DNA of 64,000 nucleotides. Source: an uncultured Candidatus Micrarchaeota archaeon. GTDB lineage: Archaea > Micrarchaeota > Micrarchaeia > Anstonellales > J096. The translations under genes were made by a program, and so were the position numbers. Under the pieces are notes generated by a model. That model was not told the DNA's origin. It saw only the letters and a list, made by a program, of their open reading frames with translations, and searched no databases. Where the stretch lies: NCBI GenBank assembly GCA_938083015.1, contig CALKCX010000008.1, positions 11,196 through 75,195 on the forward strand. Direction: 5' to 3'. This document shows, one piece after another, positions 1 through 9,465 of this stretch (within the stretch, counting starts at the first letter, position 1; every line of letters begins with the position of its first letter).

Positions 1-1290
1 ACCTAATGTTCTTGCATATTCTCTTAATCTCTTAGCTAATTCTATCTCTGTAGCACCGCCCCCAATTACGTATAGACCGTCTCTTAATACTGAAGCTACT
101 GCACCTATAGAATCCTTAATAGCTCTCTCTACTTCACTTACTACATGATCTGTACCTCCTCTTATGAATATGGTTACGCTTTTAGAATCTTTTGCACCTT
201 CTACGAATATCATTGCTTCACCTCCTACTTTTCTCTCTTCTACCAACTCTGCATATCCTAGGTCTTTTTCATTCAAATCTTCAATAGATGTTGCTATTCT
301 TGCTCCTGTTGCTCTTGCTAATTTATCCATATCGCTTTTCTTTACTCTTCTAGCTGCTAATATACCATGCTTGGCCAAATAGTATTGGGCAACATCATCA
401 ATACCTTTTTGTACAAATACTACGTTAGCACCTACTCCTTTTATCTTTTCCACCATTCTTCTTAGTATTTCCTCTTCTTTCTTTAGGAAAGCTTCTAATT
501 GATCTGGAGATGTTATAGATATTCTAGCATCAGTCTCCGTCTTCTCTATCTCTAAAGGAGCATCTAACAATGCTATCTTTGCTTTCTCTACTCTTTTAGG
601 CATACCACTGTGTACTACTTCTTTATCTAATACTATACCTTTTATCAAAGTAGTATCGTTTACTGAACCTCCTGCTTTTTTCTCTATTTTAATTAAATCT
701 AAATCGATTACTGTTTTGTTATCGTATTTTTCAAGTATATGTGTAACAGCATCTACTACCATTTCAGCTATCATATCTTTATCCATATCTCCGCCTATAC
801 CTTTACTTCCTAATGCTACTTTTGCTATTTTCTTTAGATTTTCCTTGTTTTTCAAATCTACTTTGCCAGCTATTTCTTTCAATTCCTCTTGAGCTTTTTT
901 CTCTGCTAATTCATATCCTCTAACAATAGTGGTAGGATGTATGTTCTTATCTATTAATTGACTAGCATTTCTAAGTAAATTTCCTGCAATTACAACAGAT
1001 GTTGTCGTACCGTCACCAACTTCTTTATCTTGAGTTTTTGCTACTTCTACTAATAACTTGGCCGTAGGATGATCTACGTTCATTTCTTGTAATATAGTTG
1101 CACCATCATTCGTTATTATTATATCTCCGAGATCACTTACTAACATCTTATCCATACCCTTAGGACCTAGAGTAGTCTTTAGAAGTTGTGCTATAGCGTA
1201 TGCTATTGCTATGTTAAGTCGCATTGCATCTCTTCCTATTACTCTCTGAGATCCTTCAGGCATGACCTCTTGTGAAATCTTGTTTGCCAT
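1..1290 (-). CDS. ths: Thermosome / group II chaperonin subunit (first ~430 codons; the gene continues past the window start)
   Basis: Manual minus-strand translation from ATG at 1288-1290 gives [97 protein letters not shown]. Bases 1-60 still read [20 protein letters not shown] in the same frame. It is absent from the ORF track because there is no in-window stop. Confidence 0.9.
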   Translation of the reverse strand, partial: MANKISQEVMPEGSQRVIGRDAMRLNIAIAYAIAQLLKTTLGPKGMDKMLVSDLGDIIITNDGATILQEMNVDHPTAKLLVEVAKTQDKEVGDGTTTSVVIAGNLLRNASQLIDKNIHPTTIVRGYELAEKKAQEELKEIAGKVDLKNKENLKKIAKVALGSKGIGGDMDKDMIAEMVVDAVTHILEKYDNKTVIDLDLIKIEKKAGGSVNDTTLIKGIVLDKEVVHSGMPKRVEKAKIALLDAPLEIEKTETDARISITSPDQLEAFLKKEEEILRRMVEKIKGVGANVVFVQKGIDDVAQYYLAKHGILAARRVKKSDMDKLARATGARIATSIEDLNEKDLGYAELVEERKVGGEAMIFVEGAKDSKSVTIFIRGGTDHVVSEVERAIKDSIGAVASVLRDGLYVIGGGATEIELAKRLREYARTLG

Positions 1291-1375
1291 TTTTCATCAC
1301 CGTTTTTATTAGAATAGAGATATTTTTTAAAACTTTATTAGTTTGGTTTTTATAGGTTATCGTGTATATAATAAC

Positions 1376-2626
1376 ATGGAAGGGTATAAGGAATTTAGAG
1401 GTTGGGTATACAGAATAAGGAAATTGGGAGATGATAAAATATTCATAGTTTTGAGAAATGCACATACTATAATTCAGGGTGTAATTAGAAAAGGAGCTGA
1501 TAGAAGATTATGGGAGATAGGAGAAAAATTATATATAGAAAGCTCAATCTTAATGGGAGGAAAAATACGTCAAGATAGTAGAGCACCTAATGGGTATGAA
1601 ATAGATATAGAGAAATTAGAACCTATACATATCGGTGAACCTTTTCCTATTTCTCGAGATCAATCTGAAGAATTTTTATTAGATAATAGGCATCTTTGGA
1701 TTAGATCTCAAAGATTGACAAAGATATTTCAGGCAAGACATTATTTGATTAAATATCTTGAAGAGTATTTACATAATAATGGTTTCTATAGATTTGATCC
1801 ACCGATAATCACAGTTTCAGGTGCAGAAGGAGGGGCAGATATGTTTGAATTAGAATATTTTAATAGAAAAGCTTATTTAACTCAAAGCTCACAGATGTAT
1901 GGAGAAGCTGGTATATTCGGATTAGAAAGAGTGTATACATTAGCTCCATCTTTTAGAGCAGAAAAGAGTAGGACGAGAAGACACTTAGCAGAGTATTGGC
2001 ATCTTGAACCAGAAGCGGCCTTTGTAGATTGGAAAGAAAACTTAAAAATACAAGAAGGTATGATAGAATACGCAGTACAGAAGTTTTTAAATAACCACCC
2101 TGAATTAGTAGAATACTTTCAAGTTAAAGATATGTTGAAGAATATCAAAGCACCATTTCCTATATTAACTTATTATCAAGCTGTAGATTTAGTAAATAGT
2201 CTAGGAGGTAAAATGGAATATGGACAAGACTTTGGTGCAGATGAAGAAGCTCTTATATCGTCAAAATACGATAGACCAGTATTTATAGTTAAATACCCTA
2301 AAAATATAAAAGCTTTCTATATGAAACAAGATCCTGATAATCCTGAATTAGTATTAAATGATGATTTAATAGCTCCGTATGGTCATGGAGAGATAATCGG
2401 TGGTAGTGAAAGAATCTGGGATTTAGAAGAGTTAAAAAATAGAATGAAAGAAGTGAATTTACCAGAAGAAAATTATAAATGGTATTTAGATTTAAGAAGA
2501 TTTGGATCAGTACCACATTCAGGATTTGGTTTAGGTATAGAGAGATTTGTTAAATTCGTACTAAATCTAGATCATATTCGAGATGCAATTCCATTCCCTA
2601 GAACTATAAATAGAGTGTATCCGTAA
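1376..2626 (+). CDS. asnS: Asparaginyl-tRNA synthetase (class IIb)
   Basis: Motifs YLTQSSQMYGE, FRAEKSRTRRHLAEYWHLEPEAAF and GFGLGIERFV...IPFPRTINRVYP. The track ORF starts at TTG 1343; I prefer the first ATG at 1376. The AsnRS versus AspRS choice rests on remembered motif variants. Confidence 0.75.
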   Translation: MEGYKEFRGWVYRIRKLGDDKIFIVLRNAHTIIQGVIRKGADRRLWEIGEKLYIESSILMGGKIRQDSRAPNGYEIDIEKLEPIHIGEPFPISRDQSEEFLLDNRHLWIRSQRLTKIFQARHYLIKYLEEYLHNNGFYRFDPPIITVSGAEGGADMFELEYFNRKAYLTQSSQMYGEAGIFGLERVYTLAPSFRAEKSRTRRHLAEYWHLEPEAAFVDWKENLKIQEGMIEYAVQKFLNNHPELVEYFQVKDMLKNIKAPFPILTYYQAVDLVNSLGGKMEYGQDFGADEEALISSKYDRPVFIVKYPKNIKAFYMKQDPDNPELVLNDDLIAPYGHGEIIGGSERIWDLEELKNRMKEVNLPEENYKWYLDLRRFGSVPHSGFGLGIERFVKFVLNLDHIRDAIPFPRTINRVYP

Positions 2627-2782
2627 GATTTTTAAAGATAAATTATATAATAAATAATATGCTCAAAAATTTTTACATATCAATATATAGAAGAGATAGA
2701 GACAAGTATAATATGTTTCCGATATGTTTGAAGCTTTTTGATTTTTCTTATCTTTCTTATGTTTTTGGTGTGGTGATCTGAT

Positions 2783-3181
2783 ATGGATGGTGAAATTTTG
2801 TTTGCAACTGGTAAAGATCTAAAAGTAGGAAAATATGTATTAATAGATGGTGTACCATGTAGAGTAGTAGAAATAGATATATCCAAACCTGGGAAGCATG
2901 GAGCTGCTAAGATGAGAATTACCGGTATAGGTATATTCGGGGGAGAGAAAAAAGTATTGTTAATTCCTGCAGATGCAGAAGTACAGATACCTGTAATAAA
3001 AAGAAGAACAGCTCAGGTGTTAAGTGTAATAAACGATACTGCCCAGGTTATGGATAAAGATACATATGAGACATTTGATGTAAGTATACCAGCTGAAATG
3101 AAAGATGAAGTAGGAGAAGGTAAAGAGGTTGAAATAATAGAGGCTATGGGAATGAGACAAATTGCCCGAACATTCAAATGA
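2783..3181 (+). CDS. eif5a: Translation initiation factor 5A (aIF5A)
   Basis: GKYVLIDGVPCRVVEIDISKPGKHGAAKMRITGIGIF contains the hypusine-loop KPGKHG signature. GGTGAT Shine-Dalgarno-like sequence lies upstream. Confidence 0.9.
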   Translation: MDGEILFATGKDLKVGKYVLIDGVPCRVVEIDISKPGKHGAAKMRITGIGIFGGEKKVLLIPADAEVQIPVIKRRTAQVLSVINDTAQVMDKDTYETFDVSIPAEMKDEVGEGKEVEIIEAMGMRQIARTFK

Positions 3182-3194
3182 TATTGGTGAGATT

Positions 3195-3491
3195 ATGAAT
3201 GTGAAAATTGTATCGAAAAGACCTAATATGATCCTGTCTAGAACCGAGTATATAGTAATCATTACATTCGAAGGGGCCACTCCTTCTATAAAGGATATAA
3301 GAAATACATTGATAACTAGTTTAGGAATTCCAGGAGATAGATTGATAATAAAGACTGTTGAACAAAAATATGGATCTAAGGAATTGAAGATAAATTGTTA
3401 TTCATACGAAAAACTAGATGTGTTGAAACAAATAGAGCCCGCATACGTATTAAGAAGAAACGGTCTATTGAATTCAGAACCTTCTAGATGA
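3195..3491 (+). CDS. rps24e: Ribosomal protein S24e
   Basis: MNVKIVSKRPNMILSRTEYIVIITFEGATPSIKDIR...EPAYVLRRNGL matches the S24e pattern. The ATG at 3195 is preceded by GGTGA. The track ORF start at 3162 overlaps the aIF5A end. Confidence 0.85.
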   Translation: MNVKIVSKRPNMILSRTEYIVIITFEGATPSIKDIRNTLITSLGIPGDRLIIKTVEQKYGSKELKINCYSYEKLDVLKQIEPAYVLRRNGLLNSEPSR

Positions 3492-3538
3492 TGACACCGT
3501 TCCAGTCTGACAGGTGATGACCAGAGTAGCTTCTGACT
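3486..3538 (+). ncRNA. C/D-box sRNA (2'-O-methylation guide)
   Basis: C box ATGATGA 3488-3494, 12-nt guide, D' CTGA 3507-3510, 4-nt spacer, C' TGATGA 3515-3520, 12-nt guide, D CTGA 3533-3536. This is the canonical archaeal layout. Confidence 0.85.
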
Positions 3539-4205
3539 ATTTTTCTAATTTTTTTATCAATTCCAATATTTTATTCAAATCCAATTCATCAGGTCTAAGG
3601 TTAGAATATTCATTAGGAACATTATCTAATATGTTTTTTATTTTCTTATTCTTATGAGAAAACAGTAATGTTACCCATTTATCAAATATCTTATCTCTAT
3701 CTCTTAGTTTCTCTATCTTAACAATTGTAGAGTCTACCTTTGGTATAGGACTAAAACAGTATTTACTTACTATCTTCAAAGGTCTAATATTAAAATAATA
3801 TTTACTAGATACAGATAGTCTACCATATCTTGGATTATCCGGAGTCATTAACATCTTATCTACGAATTCTTTTTGAAACATCAATATAGCTGATTTAAAT
3901 TTCCAATCTAAAAGTTTAAACAATATCGAAGATGAAATGTAATAAGGAATGTTACCTACAATGTAATCTACATCGAAAGGTTCTAATTCTAGAAAATCAC
4001 CTATAATTGTATTTTTTGTAATCTGTTTAAGTTTTGATTCAAATCTAGAATCAATCTCTACTGCCCAAACCTCTCCTTTTTCTATTAATAATTTTGTTAA
4101 TCTTCCATCTCCTGCCCCTATTTCAAGAATTTTACCATTAACTTGTTCTGCTATAAAAGATAATACTTTATTGTCTTTTAAGAATACTTGTCCTAATCTG
4201 TTCAT
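3537..4205 (-). CDS. rsmA: 16S rRNA (adenine-N6,N6)-dimethyltransferase RsmA/KsgA/Dim1
   Basis: LGQVFLKD, SAM motif ILEIGAGDGRLT, and VGNIPYYISS. Confidence 0.9.
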   Translation of the reverse strand: MNRLGQVFLKDNKVLSFIAEQVNGKILEIGAGDGRLTKLLIEKGEVWAVEIDSRFESKLKQITKNTIIGDFLELEPFDVDYIVGNIPYYISSSILFKLLDWKFKSAILMFQKEFVDKMLMTPDNPRYGRLSVSSKYYFNIRPLKIVSKYCFSPIPKVDSTIVKIEKLRDRDKIFDKWVTLLFSHKNKKIKNILDNVPNEYSNLRPDELDLNKILELIKKLEK

Positions 4206-5190
4206 AACTATATCTTAATGGATCTAATAAAAGATAATCGACCTTATGTAATTTATCTAATTGATCTACTCCTGTAAGAAACATTGCACCTTTAAGTTGA
4301 GATATTACTATATCGATTAGTCGATAGTCTTCTTTAATAACAGCTTCTAGAAATGGTCTGGCCATACCAAACATCTCTGCCCCAAGTACCAGGCATTTAT
4401 ATCCGTCTATACCATCACGAATCCCCCCGCTTGCTAAGAGCTTTACCTCTTTTTTATTCATCAATAATGCCAATGCCGTAGGTATCCCCCAATCTTGAAA
4501 TCCTGGAACAGCATTAGGGTTTCTCATATATTCTATTCTAGTCCAACTAGTTCCACCTGCACCAGCAACATCATAATACAATACTTTTGAATGTTTTAAG
4601 TTATCTATTACTCTATAACTTAGACCTGCTCCAACTTCTTTGACAATTACATTTAAGTTATCTGCTAATTCAATGATTTTATCTCTTACCCCTTCCCAAT
4701 TTAGATCACCTCCTTGGATTAGCTCTTGAGCAGGATTTAGATGAATTGCTATAGCATCTGCTTCTATACTATTAACAGCATCGATTATTTGAGATATACT
4801 GTATTCTTTAAGTTGCACACCTCCTATGTTAGCTATTAAAAATATATCTCTTGCCTTTTTAACATCATACGTATACTTAAGTGAAGGATTTTTTAACATT
4901 GCCCGTATACTTCCTAATCCTAATGGTATATTATATTTGTAAGCTAGATCTGCTAATTTAGAATTTATTCTCTCAGCTTCTTGGTATCCTCCTGTCATTC
5001 CCGAGATGTATATAGGGTAGTTAAAAACTCTATTAAACAGTTTTGTTTTCGTATCTATCTTATAATAATCTATCTCTGGTAAAGGGTTGTTTATTAGCAT
5101 TACGTATTCTAACCAATTAGATATTTTATATTGAGATTCTTGCTTAAGAGAATTTATCACATGTTCATATTTTCTTCTTTCTATATCCAT
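4168..5190 (-). CDS. fni: Isopentenyl-diphosphate delta-isomerase, type 2 (FMN-dependent)
   Basis: ISGMTGG, KEVGAGLS, DVAGAGGTSWTRIE and ASGGIRDGID. The 3' end overlaps the rsmA start by 38 nt. Confidence 0.9.
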   Translation of the reverse strand: MDIERRKYEHVINSLKQESQYKISNWLEYVMLINNPLPEIDYYKIDTKTKLFNRVFNYPIYISGMTGGYQEAERINSKLADLAYKYNIPLGLGSIRAMLKNPSLKYTYDVKKARDIFLIANIGGVQLKEYSISQIIDAVNSIEADAIAIHLNPAQELIQGGDLNWEGVRDKIIELADNLNVIVKEVGAGLSYRVIDNLKHSKVLYYDVAGAGGTSWTRIEYMRNPNAVPGFQDWGIPTALALLMNKKEVKLLASGGIRDGIDGYKCLVLGAEMFGMARPFLEAVIKEDYRLIDIVISQLKGAMFLTGVDQLDKLHKVDYLLLDPLRYSYEQIRTSILKRQ

Positions 5191-5232
5191 AATTTGATAT
5201 TGCTATTTATTTTTAAAGCATTTTATTTATAT

Positions 5233-5961
5233 ATGGTACTTTTAGATTTTGGAATGAAGATTGTAAAAGAAGGAGGAGAGATTTTAAAGAAAAGATTTTA
5301 CGAAAACATTCAAGAATACCAGAAGGGATTTGCAGATATAGTTACAGATGTAGATAAAGAAGTGGAAAATTATATAATAAAACGAATAAAAGATGAATAT
5401 CCTAATCATATGATATTGTCAGAAGAAATCGGAGAAATTGGAAAAGGTGATTATCTATGGATACTAGATCCAATAGACGGTACGACTAATTTTAGACATC
5501 ACATACCATATTTTGCAATTAGTCTTGCTTTGAAACATAAAAACAATACAATACTCGGAATAGTCTATAATCCAATATTGGATGAAATGTATTATGGATA
5601 TGAAGGTGCTTATCTAAATGGAATACCTATAAGACCATTAGAAGATATAGAACTTGATAAAGCTTTTCTAGGTATATGCCATTCTAATGATAAGTTAAGT
5701 ATTGATAGATTTGTCGCAGCTACAAGTTATTACAAATATAAGGTTAGAGAAATAAGAAGATTAGGTTGTGCTTCATTAGAAATATCTTACGTAGCATCGG
5801 GTAGATTAGGGGCATTTTTTGGTTATAATCTAAAACCTTGGGACTATGAAGGTGCTTTACATATAGCTAAGCAAGCAGGTTGTTATATAGAAACTCATGG
5901 AAATGATGTTAAAGTCTATGGATCGAGAAATATTAAAGCAAAATTAGAATTCGATCCATAA
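5233..5961 (+). CDS. suhB: Inositol monophosphatase / FBPase family protein (SuhB-like)
   Basis: DIVTDVDK, ILSEEIGE and WILDPIDGTTNF motifs. The start is moved to ATG 5233 (alternative 5254) because the track start at 5131 overlaps the divergent fni gene. Confidence 0.85.
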   Translation: MVLLDFGMKIVKEGGEILKKRFYENIQEYQKGFADIVTDVDKEVENYIIKRIKDEYPNHMILSEEIGEIGKGDYLWILDPIDGTTNFRHHIPYFAISLALKHKNNTILGIVYNPILDEMYYGYEGAYLNGIPIRPLEDIELDKAFLGICHSNDKLSIDRFVAATSYYKYKVREIRRLGCASLEISYVASGRLGAFFGYNLKPWDYEGALHIAKQAGCYIETHGNDVKVYGSRNIKAKLEFDP

Positions 5962-5966
5962 TACTA

Positions 5967-6039
5967 TGGGCCTGCCAGGATTCGAACCTGGGATCTCCGC
6001 TGTGTAAGAGCGGCGTCTTAACCCCTCGACTACAGGCCC
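5967..6039 (-). tRNA. tRNA-Val (anticodon UAC)
   Basis: The reverse complement GGGCCTGTAGTCGAGGGGTTAAGACGCCGCTCTTACACAGCGGAGATCCCAGGTTCGAATCCTGGCAGGCCCA folds as a cloverleaf with anticodon loop CTTACAC and T-loop TTCGAAT. No CCA is encoded. Confidence 0.93.
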
Positions 6040-6063
6040 TGTTTTTATATAGTAAAATAAGAT

Positions 6064-7485
6064 TTAAAAAGTAACACTTAGCAATTCCATGTTACGCAAA
6101 TTTAATATATACCCATAACCTACGTCTGGATTTAAATTAACTTTCTTCTGAAATGGAGTTTGATCTTGAAATGTACCTGGATTGATTATATACATACCTT
6201 TATACTTTATATGAAATCTCTTATGAATATGACCAAGAGGTAATACATGTGGTAGATCATCTATAACAAGCATATCATCATCAAATGGGGCCACAGGATT
6301 TCCATTTAATATTGACGATAAATGCCTTCTCTTTATCATTTCAATAGCAGCTTTGCCTCCATCTTGATAACTCATACCAGGAATAGTGTTTATATAAGAA
6401 TCAAGAGAAGTACCATGATAGATTAGATGTTTTACCCCATGTATATCTACATAAACTGGATTTGGTAAAGAGTATTTATACCTATCTACAAGATCTTTCA
6501 ATATTATATAATTGGGCTCATTTCTCATAGTAGCATCGTGATTACCAGGTATAAATATTGGAATTACATGATCAGGCAAGCTTTCTATAAAATCCATGAA
6601 TAGCTTGTATTGTTTATCTATCTCTGTTATTTCTAATTCTTTTTCTTGTTCAGGATATATACCTATTCCTTCTACATTGTCTCCGATAATTACTAGATAT
6701 TTTATAAAACTAGCTCTTTCATTATACTTTAGAAAGTCTATTACTTTGTATATTTTACGTTTATTAGTATGTTTACTACCAAAATGTAAATCCGATATGT
6801 ATAATATGCCGACATCGTATTCTGTTTTCTTAGCTAATATTTGTCTGCTAACATCCGGGTATTCTATATCTTTTACTATTCCTATATTGCCTAACCATTC
6901 AGCTTTAACTCTTATAACATCATCTTCTAACAAAGTATTTCTTTTTTCAAATAATGGATCGTCTTTTTTAATTACAAATCTTCTAATACCAAAATCATCG
7001 TAATTTCGATTACTAATCTCTAAATCTAATACCAGATTTCCTTCTTTAGATATATTTTTTCTAAATATCATACCAATAACTTGGACTTTTCTTTTAATAT
7101 TATCTAAATCATGATAATCATCAATATCAACATATTCATCGTTGATTTCTGGTGGAAACAATTTCGATATTTTCATATACCTTGATCTATAGAGATTTAC
7201 GAAATTATCTATATTGCCGACTATCTTTAATGGATTTTCATACTTTCTTACCTTTATATCTTCTTCTATATCACGAGCCAGTATTTGTTTACGGTTAACT
7301 ACTTCTACTAATTCAGCTCTTTTTTCCAGTATATTTATTATCTTAGATCTATCTAAGACTAATATAGAATATCGTTTAGAGTATTCTACAATATACTTGA
7401 TTTCTTCTTCTGAACATTTTAATAATAGATCTTCTGCATCTTTATAAAATCTTATACCATTTGCTCTTAAGATATCTAAATTCAT
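6064..7485 (-). CDS. dp1: DNA polymerase II (PolD) small subunit DP1
   Basis: Calcineurin-like phosphoesterase motifs ISDLHFGSK, VIIGDNVEG, IPGNHDA and LGHIH, with length and N-terminal region typical of archaeal DP1. Confidence 0.85.
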   Translation of the reverse strand: MNLDILRANGIRFYKDAEDLLLKCSEEEIKYIVEYSKRYSILVLDRSKIINILEKRAELVEVVNRKQILARDIEEDIKVRKYENPLKIVGNIDNFVNLYRSRYMKISKLFPPEINDEYVDIDDYHDLDNIKRKVQVIGMIFRKNISKEGNLVLDLEISNRNYDDFGIRRFVIKKDDPLFEKRNTLLEDDVIRVKAEWLGNIGIVKDIEYPDVSRQILAKKTEYDVGILYISDLHFGSKHTNKRKIYKVIDFLKYNERASFIKYLVIIGDNVEGIGIYPEQEKELEITEIDKQYKLFMDFIESLPDHVIPIFIPGNHDATMRNEPNYIILKDLVDRYKYSLPNPVYVDIHGVKHLIYHGTSLDSYINTIPGMSYQDGGKAAIEMIKRRHLSSILNGNPVAPFDDDMLVIDDLPHVLPLGHIHKRFHIKYKGMYIINPGTFQDQTPFQKKVNLNPDVGYGYILNLRNMELLSVTF

Positions 7486-7727
7486 TTTCTTGCCTCAAGC
7501 TCTGATATAAGATGCATTATTTTTATTCGTGAATGTTGACTTATATTTATATCGTTTACAGCTTTATCCAGTTCATATATGGCCAAACTTGCCCTAACAT
7601 TGATTGGTTTAGAACTATCGCTTAATATATTCTTAGCATTCATAAGTCCATTTCTTACGTTTTTAGGAATATTTTTTTCATTTAATAATCCATTGATTGC
7701 CTCTACAATGTCATCAAAATTATTCAT
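7482..7727 (-). CDS. UPF0147-family small helical protein
   Basis: The pattern IPKNVRNGLMNAKNIL...INVRASLAIYELD...HSRIKIMHLISELE resembles the archaeal UPF0147 family from memory. ATGA overlap with dp1. Confidence 0.55.
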   Translation of the reverse strand: MNNFDDIVEAINGLLNEKNIPKNVRNGLMNAKNILSDSSKPINVRASLAIYELDKAVNDINISQHSRIKIMHLISELEARK

Positions 7728-7794
7728 AAAAATTCACCAATATTTTTTTATCAGATCGTTTTTTAAAATTATCTTAGAATGATAAAACATAATT

Positions 7795-8427
7795 ATGAAA
7801 GACGATTTATTACTATTTGGTGAATATAGAGAAGCATTGTATAAAGCTTTATATGAAGACAATGTCACAGTATCTAATATAAACTTATTTATGATATGGG
7901 CCAAGAAAGAATTGCCTAATAGTTTACTAAATCTTGGTATTAGTAATGAAGAATTCTTAAAAGCTGCTTTAAAGATTATAATCAATAGTAATGGTAATAT
8001 AATAGAATTCTATAATGATTTAGATAGTAGAAAATACAGAAAGATTTTATTCTTACTTCTAGATAAGGCGAGACAAATAGAGATATTGAATCTTGATCCC
8101 GAGGCATTAGAATTTTTAAAAGATGCAAATAAAAACATAATAGAACAAAATCTCGATTTTTTGATATCTATAGCTAAAAATCCTAAACATCCTAATCAAT
8201 ATCTGGCCATATCTTTATTATCTAAAATCGTAGATAATGATAAAGTAAAAGAATTATATAAAGAATTATTATACGATTGGGATGAAAATGTTAGAAGATC
8301 TGTATTGATTGCAATTAGAGATAGTCGAAATCGAGAGTTAATAGAATACGTAAAAATCTTTAGTTCTGAAGAAGATGATGAAACTAATTTAAAAATAATT
8401 AAAGATATTTTAGATTATGGAAGGTAG
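7795..8427 (+). CDS. Hypothetical HEAT/ARM-like repeat protein
   Basis: All-helical repeat character, with WDENVRRSVLIAIRD resembling a HEAT unit. First gene of a coupled four-gene run. Confidence 0.5.
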   Translation: MKDDLLLFGEYREALYKALYEDNVTVSNINLFMIWAKKELPNSLLNLGISNEEFLKAALKIIINSNGNIIEFYNDLDSRKYRKILFLLLDKARQIEILNLDPEALEFLKDANKNIIEQNLDFLISIAKNPKHPNQYLAISLLSKIVDNDKVKELYKELLYDWDENVRRSVLIAIRDSRNRELIEYVKIFSSEEDDETNLKIIKDILDYGR

Positions 8428-8914
8428 TCTTTTAGTACCTAAGGTAAGGGTAGAATATTTTAGAAAAATTAAAGATAAATTGAATGATTTAGGTATTAAG
8501 ATAAGCTTAGAAGATAATAAGCTTGTATACGATTGCGAAGACCCATATATTGGTAGAATGATATTGACTGCAATTGCTAGAGGTTTTGATCTTGAAAACG
8601 CGATGATATTGCAAGATCCAGATTATTCTCTTTATATTATTGATCTAGACGAGTTTTTTAATACACAAAATAGAATTCGAGTAATAAAAGGAAGAGTAAT
8701 TGGTAGAGAAGGTAGTATAAAAATTGCAATAGAAGAAGCTACTAATAGTAAAATTGCAATATTTTATAATACAATAGCTGTAATAGCTCCTTATTATAGT
8801 TATAATTACGTAATTCGAGCTATTAATATGTTAATAAACGGTAGTAAACATGCTTCGGTATTGAATTTTCTGTCTAAAGCTAAAGATATGATAAAATTAG
8901 AAAGATTAAGATGA
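8417..8914 (+). CDS. KH-domain RNA-binding protein (Pno1/Dim2-like, COG1094-type)
   Basis: The two-KH layout and RVIGREGSIKIAIEEATNSKIAI (GxxG-like) are typical of archaeal Dim2p-like proteins. Confidence 0.7.
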   Translation: MEGSLLVPKVRVEYFRKIKDKLNDLGIKISLEDNKLVYDCEDPYIGRMILTAIARGFDLENAMILQDPDYSLYIIDLDEFFNTQNRIRVIKGRVIGREGSIKIAIEEATNSKIAIFYNTIAVIAPYYSYNYVIRAINMLINGSKHASVLNFLSKAKDMIKLERLR

Positions 8915-9465
8915 CAATAGAACAGATAAGAAAAGAGTATAGGCCTGAGATTAAACAAGAACAGAAGACGTATATTAATCAAAAGACTAAGCAAAAGATG
9001 GATGAAATGATGAAAGAAATAGCTAGAAGACAAACTATTGACAATACGATAAATCAAATTTACAATTCTTCAAAAGAAGAGATTGATGCAGAATTGAAGA
9101 ATAGAATGGGCTATAAGGATTTTGAAGAATTTAGATATGATGTAGATAGAATAATTAGAGATAGTAAATATAGAGAAGTATTAAAGAAGATAGATGAGAA
9201 ATTTCCAGAATTATCAAAGTTATTAGCTAATAAAGGTAATCTAATACTAAATTATTATATTATTAGACATGTGTTGCCGTATTTATTCGCAGGTGGAATG
9301 AGTAAAAAGAAGATCTTAGAAATTATAGAAAAGCTATTAGATAAGATGATAATTTACCCTAATTTTAGACAATTCTTTAAGAAGTTTGAAGAGTTTCTTA
9401 AAAAATATGCTACTCCGGATGGTGAAGCTGTTCGTATATTCATATCGACAGAGATGTGGAAATGA
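8911..9465 (+). CDS. Hypothetical protein (184 aa, helical, Lys/Glu-rich)
   Basis: Long ORF with ATGA overlap to the KH gene. No motif recognised. Confidence 0.6.
   Translation: MTIEQIRKEYRPEIKQEQKTYINQKTKQKMDEMMKEIARRQTIDNTINQIYNSSKEEIDAELKNRMGYKDFEEFRYDVDRIIRDSKYREVLKKIDEKFPELSKLLANKGNLILNYYIIRHVLPYLFAGGMSKKKILEIIEKLLDKMIIYPNFRQFFKKFEEFLKKYATPDGEAVRIFISTEMWK

Noticed and set aside
164-382. ORF-track entries that run antisense to strong genes: 164-382, 2298-2516, 6596-7003, 7214-7447, 17638-17955, 18204-18425, 31127-31444, 39275-39613, 47438-47629, 51737-51976 and 58167-58469.
   Set aside because: Each lies wholly inside a longer opposite-strand ORF that has clear family motifs. Their translations are low-complexity Ser/Leu/Ile/Phe-rich strings, as expected for shadow frames in AT-rich DNA.
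2627-2782. Unusually long (about 155 nt) spacer between asnS and aIF5A, examined for an sRNA or small ORF.
   Set aside because: It has no C/D or other recognisable RNA boxes, no GC-rich stems, and only a low-complexity short ORF. It is probably promoter and leader sequence.
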